A stretch of DNA of 64,000 nucleotides, taken from positions 7,008 to 71,007 of the forward strand of contig CAZNAT010000008.1 in the NCBI GenBank assembly GCA_964571245.1, written 5' to 3'. This document shows positions 8,862-22,861 of this stretch, piece after piece. The DNA comes from an uncultured Methylobacterium sp. (GTDB lineage Bacteria; Pseudomonadota; Alphaproteobacteria; Rhizobiales; Beijerinckiaceae). A model generated the notes under the pieces. It saw nothing but the letters and a program-made list of their open reading frames with translations. It made no database searches and was not told the DNA's origin. Position numbers and translations under genes: made by a program. Every line of letters begins with the position of its first letter. Position 1 is the stretch's first letter.

Positions 8862-9821
8862 TCAGCTTGCCAGATTAAACACCCGGTGCGGGTGCAGCTC
8901 ACCTTTTTCCATTTCGGCGATCGCGATCAGTTCATGGCCGCAATGAATGGCGACATGCCCGAGTTCACTGGGCGCATCCCGCCCGCGCAGGATGACGCTC
9001 TGGCCCCGCTTGAGCCGCGCCGCATCATGCGAGGAGACGTTGATATCCGGCAGTTCGGTAAGCCCGCGATCCACCGGCGCGAGCAAATCCGCCACATGCG
9101 CTTCCTGCTCGGCGGCATCCTCGAAGGTTTCGGTGAGGGCTTCGACCGTGATGAAGTCCTGCTCGTGAAACGGCCCGACGCGCGTCCGGCGCAGCCCGGT
9201 CACATGGCCGAAACAGCCCAGCGCACGGCCAAGATCGCGGGCGATGGCGCGAACATAGGTGCCCTTGCCGCAGGCCGCTTCCAGCGTGGTCGTGGCACCG
9301 TCGTGCGCCACGATGTCGAGGCTGTCGATCAGCACCTCGCGCGCCTCCAGCACCACGTCCTCACCATCCCGGGCAAGATCATAGGCGCGCTCGCCGGCAA
9401 TCTTGATCGCCGAAAATTTTGGCGGCACCTGCATCACCGCGCCGATAAACCCCGGCAACAGGGCTTCAACCGCCGAACGCGTCGGGCGGAGGTCGGAGGT
9501 CTGCGTCGGCGTACCCTCGGTATCATCCGTCGTGGTTTCAGCGCCCCAGGTCACGGTGAAGCGGTAGGCTTTCTTGCCGTCCATGACATAGGGCACGGTT
9601 TTGGTGGCTTCGCCGAGGGCAATCGGCAGGCAGCCGGAAGCGAGCGGATCGAGCGTGCCGGCATGCCCGGCCTTCTTGGCGCGGAACACGCGCTTCGCCA
9701 CCGCCACGGCATGGGTCGAGGTCATGCCGACCGGCTTATCGAAAATCAGCCAGCCATGGACATCGCGCTTTTTCGGGCGTGGGGCTTGCAGGGATTTTTC
9801 CGGTGCGGGAACGTCGGTCAT
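8862..9821 (-). CDS. truB: tRNA pseudouridine(55) synthase
   Basis: 319 aa with GWLIFDKPVGMTSTHAV and GHAGTLDPLASG motifs. ATGA overlap with the rbfA stop. Confidence 0.95.
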   Translation of the reverse strand: MTDVPAPEKSLQAPRPKKRDVHGWLIFDKPVGMTSTHAVAVAKRVFRAKKAGHAGTLDPLASGCLPIALGEATKTVPYVMDGKKAYRFTVTWGAETTTDDTEGTPTQTSDLRPTRSAVEALLPGFIGAVMQVPPKFSAIKIAGERAYDLARDGEDVVLEAREVLIDSLDIVAHDGATTTLEAACGKGTYVRAIARDLGRALGCFGHVTGLRRTRVGPFHEQDFITVEALTETFEDAAEQEAHVADLLAPVDRGLTELPDINVSSHDAARLKRGQSVILRGRDAPSELGHVAIHCGHELIAIAEMEKGELHPHRVFNLAS

Positions 9822-10252
9822 TCGTTGGTCTGTTCTTTTTGCTGGTCTTTTTGGCTGGCTTCAAGATCGCGTTTGACGCGCTCTTCTTCGAAAATCTTCT
9901 CGATCCGCGCGGCTTCGTCGTAGCGGTCATCGACGCGGAACCTGAGATCGGGCGAGAATTTCAGCTCACGCAGCCGGCGCGACACCTCGTGGCGCAAGGC
10001 TTTTGCATTGCGGTTGAGCGCCGCGACGGCCTCCGCCTCGCCTTTGCCGCCAAGTGGCATGATCAACACCGTGCCGTGGCGCAGATCGGGCGACATCCTT
10101 ACTTCCAGCACCGAGATGATCTGGCTGGCGAGTTCGGGATCATGCACATCGCCGCGCGCGAGCACCTCGGCGAGGGCATGGCGGACCTGCTCGCCGACAC
10201 GCAACATGCGCTGGGAGGGAGCGCCAGCCGATTGTGGATTTGGACGAACCAT
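9818..10252 (-). CDS. rbfA: Ribosome-binding factor A
   Basis: 144 aa, RMLRVGEQVRHALAEVL... RbfA-like. Conserved position between infB and truB. Confidence 0.9.
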   Translation of the reverse strand: MVRPNPQSAGAPSQRMLRVGEQVRHALAEVLARGDVHDPELASQIISVLEVRMSPDLRHGTVLIMPLGGKGEAEAVAALNRNAKALRHEVSRRLRELKFSPDLRFRVDDRYDEAARIEKIFEEERVKRDLEASQKDQQKEQTNE

Positions 10253-10278
10253 GGGTGGCTCTAAGGGGTTCCAATCGC

Positions 10279-10327
10279 CGCATTTTCTTCACGCGAACCG
10301 GAAACCACCTCGCTTGAAAATGCTCAT
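10279..10327. repeat. Palindromic intergenic repeat, half-length copy (about 49 bp)
   Basis: CGCATTTTCTTCACGCGAACCGGAAACCACCTCGCTTGAAAATGCTCA with arms GCATTTTC/GAAAATGC. Aligns to the reverse complement of 7865-7915. Confidence 0.65.
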
Positions 10328-10330
10328 AAA

Positions 10331-10356
10331 ATAGAAAGGCCGGGATATCCCCGGCC
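10331..10356 (-). terminator. Hairpin plus U-tract downstream of infB (possible attenuating terminator)
   Basis: Stem GGCCGGG/CCCGGCC with a 5-nt loop, followed on the - strand by TTTCTATTTT. Lies 28 nt after the infB stop. Confidence 0.5.
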
Positions 10357-10383
10357 TCTCGTAATCTCCAAGAGGCCGGAACT

Positions 10384-13416
<3,033 letters not shown>

Positions 13417-13488
13417 TCGTGTCGCAATCCTCGACGATCGATCGTAATTCTAACGCGCAATCCTGAACCCCGCTTTGCGGGATCAGGC

Positions 13489-14241
13489 CTATTTTCCGGT
13501 TCCATCAGCTGCAACGCCACCCGGATGATCCTCCGGCACCGGGGCACTGTCGCCCTGATCTGGAAGCTCCGAAATGCCGGAAGGCCCGCTTGCCGAAGCT
13601 TCTGGAAGCTCCGCCGGGCCACCCGCCTGGAATTCAACGAACCTCAGCGCCCGATCTAGGAAGACCAAAGCCGCATCATGAACCGTAAGCGCGGCATGTA
13701 TCACATGTTCACGCCCTAAGGACAGACCTAATTCATGGGCGGCAAAGGCTCTTATCACCGCAGGATCGCGTTTGCCGCGCGCCTTGCCGCGGCAACCGCG
13801 CTGAAGGCGGGCGATTTCGGCCGGCGAACCATCGCTGGCCTGCACCAGCGCGAGCAAGCCGCCCTTGATGCCCTCGATCTTGGCAAAGCCGCTGGTCACG
13901 GCTCCGGCCTTGTTGGCGAGCGAGAGCATTTGCAGCGCATCCTTGCGAAGAAGATCCGCCACCAGGGCCTCAAGACCCTCGGGGATGGTCACCTTGTCCT
14001 TCAGCCCGCGCGCAAACGCCTTTCGGGCGATGGCCTGCCGCAGGATCTCAACCGAATTCGTGATCCAGACCCCGCGTCCCGGCAAGCGGTTGCGGATATC
14101 CGGCACGACGGTGCCATCCGGGCCGCGGACGAAGCGGATGAGCCCGGAGATCGGCAGAACCGCGCGCGTAACGATGCACAACCGTGCAACTGCGGCGCGA
14201 TCCGGCCCTTCGTCCCCGTCCTCATCCATATCCGCCCTCAT
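13489..14241 (-). CDS. YlxR/DUF448-family RNA-binding protein with L7Ae-like C-terminal part
   Basis: RLCIVTRAVLPISGLIRFV..LPGRGVWI matches the DUF448 motif. Conserved position between nusA and infB. Confidence 0.8.
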   Translation of the reverse strand: MRADMDEDGDEGPDRAAVARLCIVTRAVLPISGLIRFVRGPDGTVVPDIRNRLPGRGVWITNSVEILRQAIARKAFARGLKDKVTIPEGLEALVADLLRKDALQMLSLANKAGAVTSGFAKIEGIKGGLLALVQASDGSPAEIARLQRGCRGKARGKRDPAVIRAFAAHELGLSLGREHVIHAALTVHDAALVFLDRALRFVEFQAGGPAELPEASASGPSGISELPDQGDSAPVPEDHPGGVAADGTGK

Positions 14242-14249
14242 GCATGCGA

Positions 14250-15842
14250 TCAGGCCTCCTCGGCCGCCTCGCCTTCCTCTTCCGCCGCTTCGGCCGGCGC
14301 TTCGACCCAGCCGGCCGCGACCCGCGCGGCCATGATCATGGCTTCGGCTTCATCGCGGCTGACATCGAGATCGGAGAGATACCCGGTATAACGGGTGGTC
14401 TCGTTGCCCTTCTTCTCGCTCCAGCCGACGAGATCGTCGGTGGCGCAGCCGGCGAGATCCTCGACGGTCTTTACATCGTTCTCGCCGAAGGCGACGAGCA
14501 TCGCCGAACTCACGCCCGGAATTTCCCCGAGAGCATCCTCGACCCCAAGCGCCTTGCGGCGGGTCTGGCGCTCGGTCTCGATACGCTCGATGTAGCCTCG
14601 GGCGCGAGCCTGAAGCTCGTCCGCCGTCTCGGCATCGAAGCCCTCGATGGAAAGAACATCGGCGCGATCGACATAGGCGATCTCCTCGATGGTCGCGAAG
14701 CCTTCCGACGCCAGCAGCTGGCCGACCATCTCGTCGACATCCAGCGCCTCGCAGAACAGCTTGGAGCGTTCGACGAATTCCTTCTGACGGCGCTCCGATT
14801 CCTCGGCTTCTGTCACGATATCGATGTTCCAGCCGGTGAGCTGGGACGCCAGACGCACGTTCTGGCCACGGCGGCCGATGGCCAGGGACAGCTGATCATC
14901 GGGGACGACAACCTCGATGCGCTCGGAGTCCTCATCAAGAACGACCTTGGCGACCTCCGCCGGCTGCAGCGCGTTAACGAGGAAGGTCGCGATGTTGTCG
15001 GACCACGGGATGATATCGACGCGCTCGCCCTGCAACTCCTGCACGACGGCCTGAACGCGGCTGCCGCGCATGCCGACGCAGGCGCCGACCGGGTCGATCG
15101 AGGAATCGCGGCTGAGCACCGCGATCTTCGCGCGCGAACCCGGATCGCGGGCGACCGCCTTGATCTCGATGACGCCATCGTAGATTTCCGGCACTTCCTG
15201 CATGAACAGCTTGGCCATGAACATCGGATGCGTGCGCGACAGGAAGATCTGCGGCCCGCGCGTCTCGCGGCGGACGTCGAACAGATACGAGCGGATGCGA
15301 TCGCCGGGGCGGAACACTTCGCGCGGGATCAGCTCGTCACGGCGGATGACCGCCTCGCCCTTGCCGAGATCGACGATGACATTGCCGTATTCGACGCGCT
15401 TGACGACGCCGTTGATGATCTCGCCGATGCGGTCCTTGAACTCGTCGTACTGGCGATCGCGCTCGGCTTCGCGCACCTTCTGGGTGATGACCTGTTTGGC
15501 GGATTGCGCGGCCATGCGGCCGAATTCCACCGGCGGCAACGGCTCGGAGAAGGTGTCGCCGATCTGCGCGGCCGGGTTTTTCTTGCGGGCATCGGCCAGG
15601 TTCATCTCGCGCGAATCGTTCTCGACGGCATCGACGATCTGCATGATGCGCGCCAGCCGGACTTCGCCGGTCTTGGGGTGGATTTCGGCGCGAATATCGG
15701 TCTCGCTGCCGTAGCGCGAACGGGCGATCTTGGCATAGGCGTCTTCCATCGCGCCGAGCACGATCTCGCGATCGATCGATTTTTCGCGGGCGACCGCATC
15801 GGCGATCTGCAGCAGTTCGAGCCTGTTTGCGCTGACTGACAT
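14250..15842 (-). CDS. nusA: Transcription termination/antitermination factor NusA
   Basis: 530 aa. N-terminal domain, S1, two KH domains and an acidic C-terminal repeat region. Strong family similarity. Confidence 0.97.
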   Translation of the reverse strand: MSVSANRLELLQIADAVAREKSIDREIVLGAMEDAYAKIARSRYGSETDIRAEIHPKTGEVRLARIMQIVDAVENDSREMNLADARKKNPAAQIGDTFSEPLPPVEFGRMAAQSAKQVITQKVREAERDRQYDEFKDRIGEIINGVVKRVEYGNVIVDLGKGEAVIRRDELIPREVFRPGDRIRSYLFDVRRETRGPQIFLSRTHPMFMAKLFMQEVPEIYDGVIEIKAVARDPGSRAKIAVLSRDSSIDPVGACVGMRGSRVQAVVQELQGERVDIIPWSDNIATFLVNALQPAEVAKVVLDEDSERIEVVVPDDQLSLAIGRRGQNVRLASQLTGWNIDIVTEAEESERRQKEFVERSKLFCEALDVDEMVGQLLASEGFATIEEIAYVDRADVLSIEGFDAETADELQARARGYIERIETERQTRRKALGVEDALGEIPGVSSAMLVAFGENDVKTVEDLAGCATDDLVGWSEKKGNETTRYTGYLSDLDVSRDEAEAMIMAARVAAGWVEAPAEAAEEEGEAAEEA

Positions 15843-15913
15843 GGTGTTCCTCCGTCGGGTTCTTCTGGGGCGCCGGGTTTGCCGGCCGCCAATTCAGGGT
15901 GGATCAGGATCGT

Positions 15914-16621
15914 TCACGGCTTCTTGAAACGTCCGGGTCCACTGGGTTTCTTGATCGGTTTGGCGGGCCGCGGCCGGCGCGGTGTCAGTTTGGCCAGCGT
16001 CGCGGCCGGCGCCGCGCCGTCCTCGCTCTCGGCATTCTCATGGGCCTCGGCATTCTCATGGGCGCCCTCGGCGAGCAGCGCTTCCTTGCCGCGCCGGAGC
16101 GATTCCTCGATCACCGCATCGGTCAGCACGAGTCTCGCTTCGGAGATATCGCGGATATCGAGCACCGGGCGCTGGTTCTCGCCTTCGGGCACATCGGGCA
16201 GCAGGATCGTGAGCTTGTCGCCCTCGACCGCGTCGATGAAGCCGCGATAGCGTTTGCGGCCATCGACCGGGACCGCCATCTCGATGCGCGCATCATAGCC
16301 GATCCAGCGCTGGAAATCGCTGATCCGCACCAGCGGGCGATCGATCCCCGGCGAAGAGACCTCCAGATGATAGTTGACCGAGATCGGGTCTTCGACATCG
16401 AGCAGCGGCGCCACCGCACGGCTTACCGCCTCGCAATCGTTGACCCCCATCGTGCCATCGGGCTTTTCCGCCATGATCTGCACGGTGCAGCCATTGAGAC
16501 CCGAGATCTTCACCCGGACGAGGCGATACCCGAGGCTGCGGATCATCGGGTCGACGATCCGGCCAACGCGTTGCGCGACGCCATTTTCGGTGATGAGCCG
16601 GGGCTCGTTGAGTTCGTCCAT
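15914..16621 (-). CDS. rimP: Ribosome maturation factor RimP with extended basic C-terminal tail
   Basis: Start set at [10 protein letters not shown] (ATG 16621, GAGGGAAG upstream). The core ([33 protein letters not shown]) is RimP. Upstream of nusA as expected. Confidence 0.88.
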   Translation of the reverse strand: MDELNEPRLITENGVAQRVGRIVDPMIRSLGYRLVRVKISGLNGCTVQIMAEKPDGTMGVNDCEAVSRAVAPLLDVEDPISVNYHLEVSSPGIDRPLVRISDFQRWIGYDARIEMAVPVDGRKRYRGFIDAVEGDKLTILLPDVPEGENQRPVLDIRDISEARLVLTDAVIEESLRRGKEALLAEGAHENAEAHENAESEDGAAPAATLAKLTPRRPRPAKPIKKPSGPGRFKKP

Positions 16622-16813
16622 TCGCTTCCCTCGCGAGGCAGGCCAAAACGGAGTTTTCGGGAGGGTACTCGCCAAGACGAAAGGAGCGGGTCCGGCTCGG
16701 GCCCACTCTCGTTCTCGCGTGTAACCCCGCGTAAACTGAGATTGATGATGACCGAATAGCGCCGCCTGACGAAAAAGGCAAGCCATTCGCGAAGAAGGCA
16801 TGCCTTCCGCGGT

Positions 16814-17545
16814 TCAGACGCGGCGAAACCGGAAATAGCCGGGCACGCGGCCCTCGCGGATCGCCTTTTCCTCATAGCGCGTGCGGTGCCATTCCGGCCA
16901 GGGCTGGCGCCAGTCATCGGCGGCCTCGGCGAGCCAGACGAGCTGGTCCTGCGCATGGACGCGGGCGAGCACCCAGCCGGCGTAATCATCGATATCGGTC
17001 GCAAAGCGCAGCTCGCAGCCCGGTTTGAGCACGCGGGCGACCTCGGCGAGAAAGACCATATCCACGATCCGGCGCTTGCGCTGGCGACGCTTCGGCCATG
17101 GATCGGGATAAAGCAGGTAGACCCGGCTCAGGCAGGCATCGGGCAGGGCGGCGAGGACATCGCGGGCGTCGCCGCGCAGCGCGCGGATATTCGTCAGCCC
17201 GTCCTCCTCGATCGCCGCCAGCAGCTTGGCCACGCCATTGAGAAACGGCTCCACCCCGAAATACCCGATCTCCGGGTGCGCCTTCGCCATGGCCGCGAGA
17301 TGTTCGCCGCCGCCAAAGCCGATTTCGAGCATCACATCCCCGGGCGGGCCAGAAGTGGACGAGCTTGAAAACAGCGCCGCCGGACCGGCCTTGAGCGCGG
17401 CGACATCAATCGCCAGCACCGGCAGCATCGTCTCGATGCGATCCGCCTGGGCTTGCCGCAGGGCCTTGCCTTTGGAGCGGCCAAAAAGTTGACGGCGAGC
17501 CACCCTTTCGGATGCCTCGCCGTCAGTCTTCTTCTCATCCATCAC
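16814..17545 (-). CDS. trmB: tRNA (guanine46-N7)-methyltransferase
   Basis: 243 aa with EIGFGGGEHL SAM-binding and LYPDPWPKRRQRKRR motifs. Confidence 0.93.
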   Translation of the reverse strand: MMDEKKTDGEASERVARRQLFGRSKGKALRQAQADRIETMLPVLAIDVAALKAGPAALFSSSSTSGPPGDVMLEIGFGGGEHLAAMAKAHPEIGYFGVEPFLNGVAKLLAAIEEDGLTNIRALRGDARDVLAALPDACLSRVYLLYPDPWPKRRQRKRRIVDMVFLAEVARVLKPGCELRFATDIDDYAGWVLARVHAQDQLVWLAEAADDWRQPWPEWHRTRYEEKAIREGRVPGYFRFRRV

Positions 17546-17572
17546 GGAATCAGCCGGAAATGACGTGAAAAT

Positions 17573-18784
<1,212 letters not shown>

Positions 18785-18790
18785 GTGCAA

Positions 18791-18839
18791 CTCCCTTGGA
18801 TGGAATTCCGGCACCGGCAGAAACGCGCTTCCAAGAGAG
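18791..18839 (-). promoter_or_regulatory. SD-sequestering helix in the metK 5' leader
   Basis: On the - strand, CTCTCTTGGA (+18830-18839) can pair with TCCAAGGGAG (+18791-18800). That gives 10 bp including one G-U, enclosing a 29-nt loop. The 3' arm contains the metK SD. Confidence 0.35.
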
Positions 18840-19050
18840 AAGTTTTTCCGAGGGCCGACGGGCCGGTCTCATGTCCCAGATTTGGGGAGGGGTCAAGTCA
18901 TTTTGCGCAGAAATAATTCGACAAAACGAACGCTTGTAGCGAATTAAGAAACGTTCTGAACTAAAAACACCGAGAAAAACCGGGATTCGACCGAGATTTC
19001 ATCATCAGGCCATGGCCTCCGATCGCATTTCTGCTTCTCAGGCCGGCACG

Positions 19051-19082
19051 GAAAACCGCCCGCGATATTCCTGTCGCGCGGG
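19051..19082 (-). terminator. Candidate intrinsic terminator after the XRE regulator gene
   Basis: GC stem CCCGCG/CGCGGG with a 12-nt loop, followed on the - strand by GGTTTTCC. Lies 24 nt after the stop. Confidence 0.4.
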
Positions 19083-19105
19083 AAATCCGGTACGGCGCGC
19101 CCGTT

Positions 19106-19537
19106 CTAGCGGCGCTGTCCCTCGACAAGGGTGATGACGAGATCAACGACGCGGCGGCGGACCTTGGGGTCCTCGATCGAGGCAAAGGCCCGCGCGAGCG
19201 CGACGCCCTCGGGGGTCGAGAAAATATCAACGCCATAGCTGGCTTGCGAATTGTCGGTGAAGCCAACGGCCATCGCGATGCTTTCATCGCGCGGGGCGCC
19301 GTCAAAGAAAAACGACACGGGCACACCGAGCACCTGCGCAATGTTCTGCATCCGGCTGGCACTGATCCGGTTGGTCCCCTTTTCGTACTTCTGGACCTGC
19401 TGGAACGTCACGCCGAGCGCCTCACCAAGCTTTTCCTGGCTCATGCCAACCGTGATCCGTCGCATTCGGACCCGGCTCCCCACGTGGCGATCCACAGGGC
19501 TTGGCGCTTTTTTTGTCAGTTGCTCGTCTGCGGACAT
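19106..19537 (-). CDS. XRE-family helix-turn-helix transcriptional regulator
   Basis: Start set at MSADEQ (ATG 19537, AAGGAAA upstream). The HTH_3 segment is VGSRVRMRRITVGMSQEKLGEALGVTFQQVQKYEKGTNRISASRM. Confidence 0.85.
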   Translation of the reverse strand: MSADEQLTKKAPSPVDRHVGSRVRMRRITVGMSQEKLGEALGVTFQQVQKYEKGTNRISASRMQNIAQVLGVPVSFFFDGAPRDESIAMAVGFTDNSQASYGVDIFSTPEGVALARAFASIEDPKVRRRVVDLVITLVEGQRR

Positions 19538-19623
19538 CGGGCGTTCGTTTCCTTTGAAATGGATCGCTTGTCGGAAGTGGGCCGGTGGCCCGACGGACGA
19601 CACTCTGGGAAGCTCATTGTTAT

Positions 19624-21294
19624 TCAATTCATGCTCCTTCCCAGGAGCGCCAACATCCAAAAACAAATCATAACGGATGCGTAACTATACCAATTCGTTT
19701 GGCGATACAACGTGTTTGGCAAGCCCGAGGGCAAAGGCGCATCCAGCACATCCGCAACACCCAGAGGAAGGGAGGCGATGATCCTGCCGTAGGGGTCCAC
19801 GACCGCGGATATTCCACTGTTTGCAGCCCGGATGAGAGGCTGCCCAAACTCGATCGACCGCAGCCTTGCCTGGGCGAGGTGCTGATACGGGCCGAACGTA
19901 TACCCGAACCAGGCATCGTTTGTCACGTTGATGAAGACGCCGCCCGCCGCACCCTCGGTGATGAGTTCGCGTGGAAAAATCGATTCGAAGCAAATCATCG
20001 GGGTAACCGGCGGAAGATTGGCAATCCGCAGCGCGCGCCGCGCCGGGCTCGCGGTAAAACCGCCGACCACCGCAACAAATTGCTCAAGGCCGATGGCGCG
20101 CAAAACCCGGTCAAACGGCAGATATTCGCCAAACGGCACCAGATGGACCTTGTCATAGGTCCCGACGATACCGCTCTGATCGAGGACATGCATCGAATTG
20201 AAAAAGCGAAGACCGCGCGGTGCCCCTTCCTCCGGTTCGGCGCGCACAGCCCCGGTGATCAACTGGGTTCCGGCCGGCAGAAAGCGCGCGATCGCCTGAA
20301 GCGCCCGCGAATTCCGTTCGAGAACGAAGGGAAACGGCGACTCCGGCCAGACGAGATGCGTCGTATCGACGACCCCCGAGGCATGCGCACCCCTGGCGAC
20401 ATCGCTGAGCGCGAAAAACCGTTCGAGCACATCGATACCGGCCATCTGCTGGTTCTTGGCATCCTGGGCGATATTCGGCTGCATGATGCGCAACTTGACG
20501 TTCGGCACCAGCGGCATCAGCGCAAAATCGACGCCGACGCCGCCGGTTTCCTGCAGGCGGATCAGCCCGAACAGCGCCATGCCGACAAGAGCGATCCCGG
20601 CAACAACGGGAAGTCCCCAGCGCCCGGACGCGGTTCGGCCGGTCATGATGACCGCCGGAGCGGCAAAAATCGCCAGCGCCAGCAACCCGAGGCCGTCGCT
20701 GCCGATCACCGACGCCAGTTGCGCCAGAACCAGATGATTGGCGAAGGCCTGGCCAAAACTGTTCCAGGGAAACCCGGTGAAAAGCCAGCTTCTCAGCCAT
20801 TCCGCGACGCCGAGCCCGAACGCCAGCGCGAAAATCCGCAAGGCCCCCGCCGACCAGAACAGCCGGGCGAGCGCGAAACCGAAGGCAGGAAAAAGCGCCA
20901 GCACCGCCGGAAGGCCGATAACTCCGAGCGGCAACAACCAGATGAATTGATCGCCGCCCACGATGAAGGCCGATCCGAGCCACCACAGCCCGGCAACAAA
21001 AAAGCCAAAGCCAAACCACCAGCCGGCCACGCCCGCGACCACCAGGGTGCGAAAAAACGAGCGCCCCTCGCCGCGAATGCCATCCAGCAGCCAGACCACA
21101 ATCGGGAAACTCACCAGAAACGCGGGCAGAAAATCGATCGGCTGCATCGCGGCGGCAGAAATGGCACCCGCTGCGCACGCCAGCGCGTGCCGGGCCCAGC
21201 CATCCGCCAGGAGAATGGCGTGAAACCAGGCCTGTGCCCGCGAGGTGACCCCGCCTGAGCTCGCCAAGACCATCACATTCGGAACCACCCGCAA
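19624..21294 (-). CDS. lnt: Apolipoprotein N-acyltransferase
   Basis: Multi-pass N-terminal membrane part plus a C-terminal nitrilase/CN-hydrolase domain (ICFESIFP, NDAWFG). Start uncertain: TTG 21294 or ATG 21273. Confidence 0.88.
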   Translation of the reverse strand: MRVVPNVMVLASSGGVTSRAQAWFHAILLADGWARHALACAAGAISAAAMQPIDFLPAFLVSFPIVVWLLDGIRGEGRSFFRTLVVAGVAGWWFGFGFFVAGLWWLGSAFIVGGDQFIWLLPLGVIGLPAVLALFPAFGFALARLFWSAGALRIFALAFGLGVAEWLRSWLFTGFPWNSFGQAFANHLVLAQLASVIGSDGLGLLALAIFAAPAVIMTGRTASGRWGLPVVAGIALVGMALFGLIRLQETGGVGVDFALMPLVPNVKLRIMQPNIAQDAKNQQMAGIDVLERFFALSDVARGAHASGVVDTTHLVWPESPFPFVLERNSRALQAIARFLPAGTQLITGAVRAEPEEGAPRGLRFFNSMHVLDQSGIVGTYDKVHLVPFGEYLPFDRVLRAIGLEQFVAVVGGFTASPARRALRIANLPPVTPMICFESIFPRELITEGAAGGVFINVTNDAWFGYTFGPYQHLAQARLRSIEFGQPLIRAANSGISAVVDPYGRIIASLPLGVADVLDAPLPSGLPNTLYRQTNWYSYASVMICFWMLALLGRSMN

Positions 21295-21419
21295 TTTGTT
21301 GTTTTATTGTGCTTGCTAAAGCGAATCACGCAGACGCATGAGAGGTACCCCCAGTCGGCCCAGATGCAAACCATTTTTGCCGGGCCGGAATACACAGTAT
21401 GCAAGCGCTGTACGAGCCT

Positions 21420-22373
21420 TCAGGTGATCTCGGTCTCGGGCGGCGTCAGCGCGACGCGAACCCGCTTCAGCCGCCGGGAATCGCCTTCGAGAATGGTGAA
21501 GACCAGACCTCCCGGCGCCGACACCACCTCGCCGGGCACGGGGACGCGGCCGAGATGGGCGGTGACATAGCCGCCGATCGTCCCGATATCGTGCTCGTCG
21601 CTCGCCGGCTCGAGCTCGACCCCCATCAGACGGGCGACCTCATCGACGGCGGCATTGGCATTGATGGCGATCGCCCCGTCCTCGAGCTTTTCAAGCTCGG
21701 GATCCTCGATGACATCATGCTCATCCTCGATCTCGCCGACGATGATTTCGAGAAGATCCTCGAGCGAAACCAGCCCGTCGGTGGCGCCGTATTCATCGAT
21801 CACCAGCGCCATATGGATGCGCTTGGCCTGCATTTCGAGCAACAGGTCGAGCGCGGGCATCGAACCGGGCGCGAACAGCACCGGCCGCACGAGACCGGTA
21901 TCGGCGACCTTCGTCGCAAGATCGATCTCCTCCAGCCGTGCGAACATATCCCGGATATGGATCATGCCCTCGGGGTCATCGAGCGTTTCGGAATAGACCG
22001 GCAGGCGGGAATGCGCCGCCAGCGCGAACAGCGCCCGCATTTCCCCGAAACTCGCGCCGGAGGAAATCCCGACGATCGAGCCCCGCGGCACCATCACATC
22101 CTGCACGCGGATGTCGCGCGCCGTGAGCAGATTGCGCAAGATGCGCTTCTCCTCACCGGTGAAGTCGTCGGTCTTGCCCTCCTGCGAACCCTCGAGGGCG
22201 TCCTCGAGATCATCGCGGATCGAGGCCGGCGCCTTCAGCCCAAGCGCCAGCTTGAAACGCTCGAACCAAGAATCATTCCGAGAATCATGGCGGGAATCGT
22301 TCCGGTCCTTTGCCGCGTCCTTGCGCGGCGCCTCCGCCGGGGAAGGCCGTTCGGCGCTGTCGTCCGCACTCAT
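21420..22373 (-). CDS. CorC/TlyC-family protein (CBS pair plus CorC_HlyC domain)
   Basis: VMVPRGSIVGI..LPVYSETLDDPEGMIHIRD..ALVIDEYGATDGLVSLEDLLEIIVGEIEDEHD. Conserved position between ybeY and lnt. Confidence 0.9.
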   Translation of the reverse strand: MSADDSAERPSPAEAPRKDAAKDRNDSRHDSRNDSWFERFKLALGLKAPASIRDDLEDALEGSQEGKTDDFTGEEKRILRNLLTARDIRVQDVMVPRGSIVGISSGASFGEMRALFALAAHSRLPVYSETLDDPEGMIHIRDMFARLEEIDLATKVADTGLVRPVLFAPGSMPALDLLLEMQAKRIHMALVIDEYGATDGLVSLEDLLEIIVGEIEDEHDVIEDPELEKLEDGAIAINANAAVDEVARLMGVELEPASDEHDIGTIGGYVTAHLGRVPVPGEVVSAPGGLVFTILEGDSRRLKRVRVALTPPETEIT

Positions 22374-22861
22374 CGGACACCGCTCCGGCTATCGGCTTCC
22401 GGCGCGCTGGCCGCATAGGGATCGGCAATGCCAAGCCCGGCCAGCAGGGCGATTTCGCGTGCTTCCATGGCCTCGGCCTCGGCCTCGCTCTCGTGGTCAT
22501 GGCCGAGGAGGTGCAATACGCCGTGGATGACAAGATGCGTCATGTGATCCGCCAGGGTTTTTCCTTCGGCCTCCGCTTCCCGGGCGCAGGTTTCGAAGGC
22601 AAGCGCGATATCGCCCAGGCTCGGCTCCGGGTCGCCCGGCATCGGGGCGGCGGGAAAGGAGAGGACATTGGTCGGCTTGTCGATCCCGCGGAAATCCGCA
22701 TTGAGCCGGCGGATCGCCGCATCATCCGTCAGCAGGATCGAAATCGTCGTTCCGGCACCCGCAGCGCCACATGCCGCCCGGGCCGCACGCTCGATGATCG
22801 CCTGCGCCTCGGGCACGCGCTGCCAGTCCCCGGCCTCGAAGAGGATATCGATCTCAGACAT
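22370..22861 (-). CDS. ybeY: Endoribonuclease YbeY (rRNA maturation)
   Basis: Zinc motif HGVLHLLGHDHE. Start set at MSEIDILFE (ATG 22861), which overlaps the phoH stop. The track ORF has a 41-aa extension. Confidence 0.9.
   Translation of the reverse strand: MSEIDILFEAGDWQRVPEAQAIIERAARAACGAAGAGTTISILLTDDAAIRRLNADFRGIDKPTNVLSFPAAPMPGDPEPSLGDIALAFETCAREAEAEGKTLADHMTHLVIHGVLHLLGHDHESEAEAEAMEAREIALLAGLGIADPYAASAPEADSRSGVR

Noticed and set aside
18785-19105. Assigning the metK leader to a named SAM riboswitch class.
   Set aside because: I cannot recognise the conserved SAM-II, SAM-V or SAM/SAH core by eye. Only the SD-occluding helix is reported. Class assignment needs a covariance-model scan.
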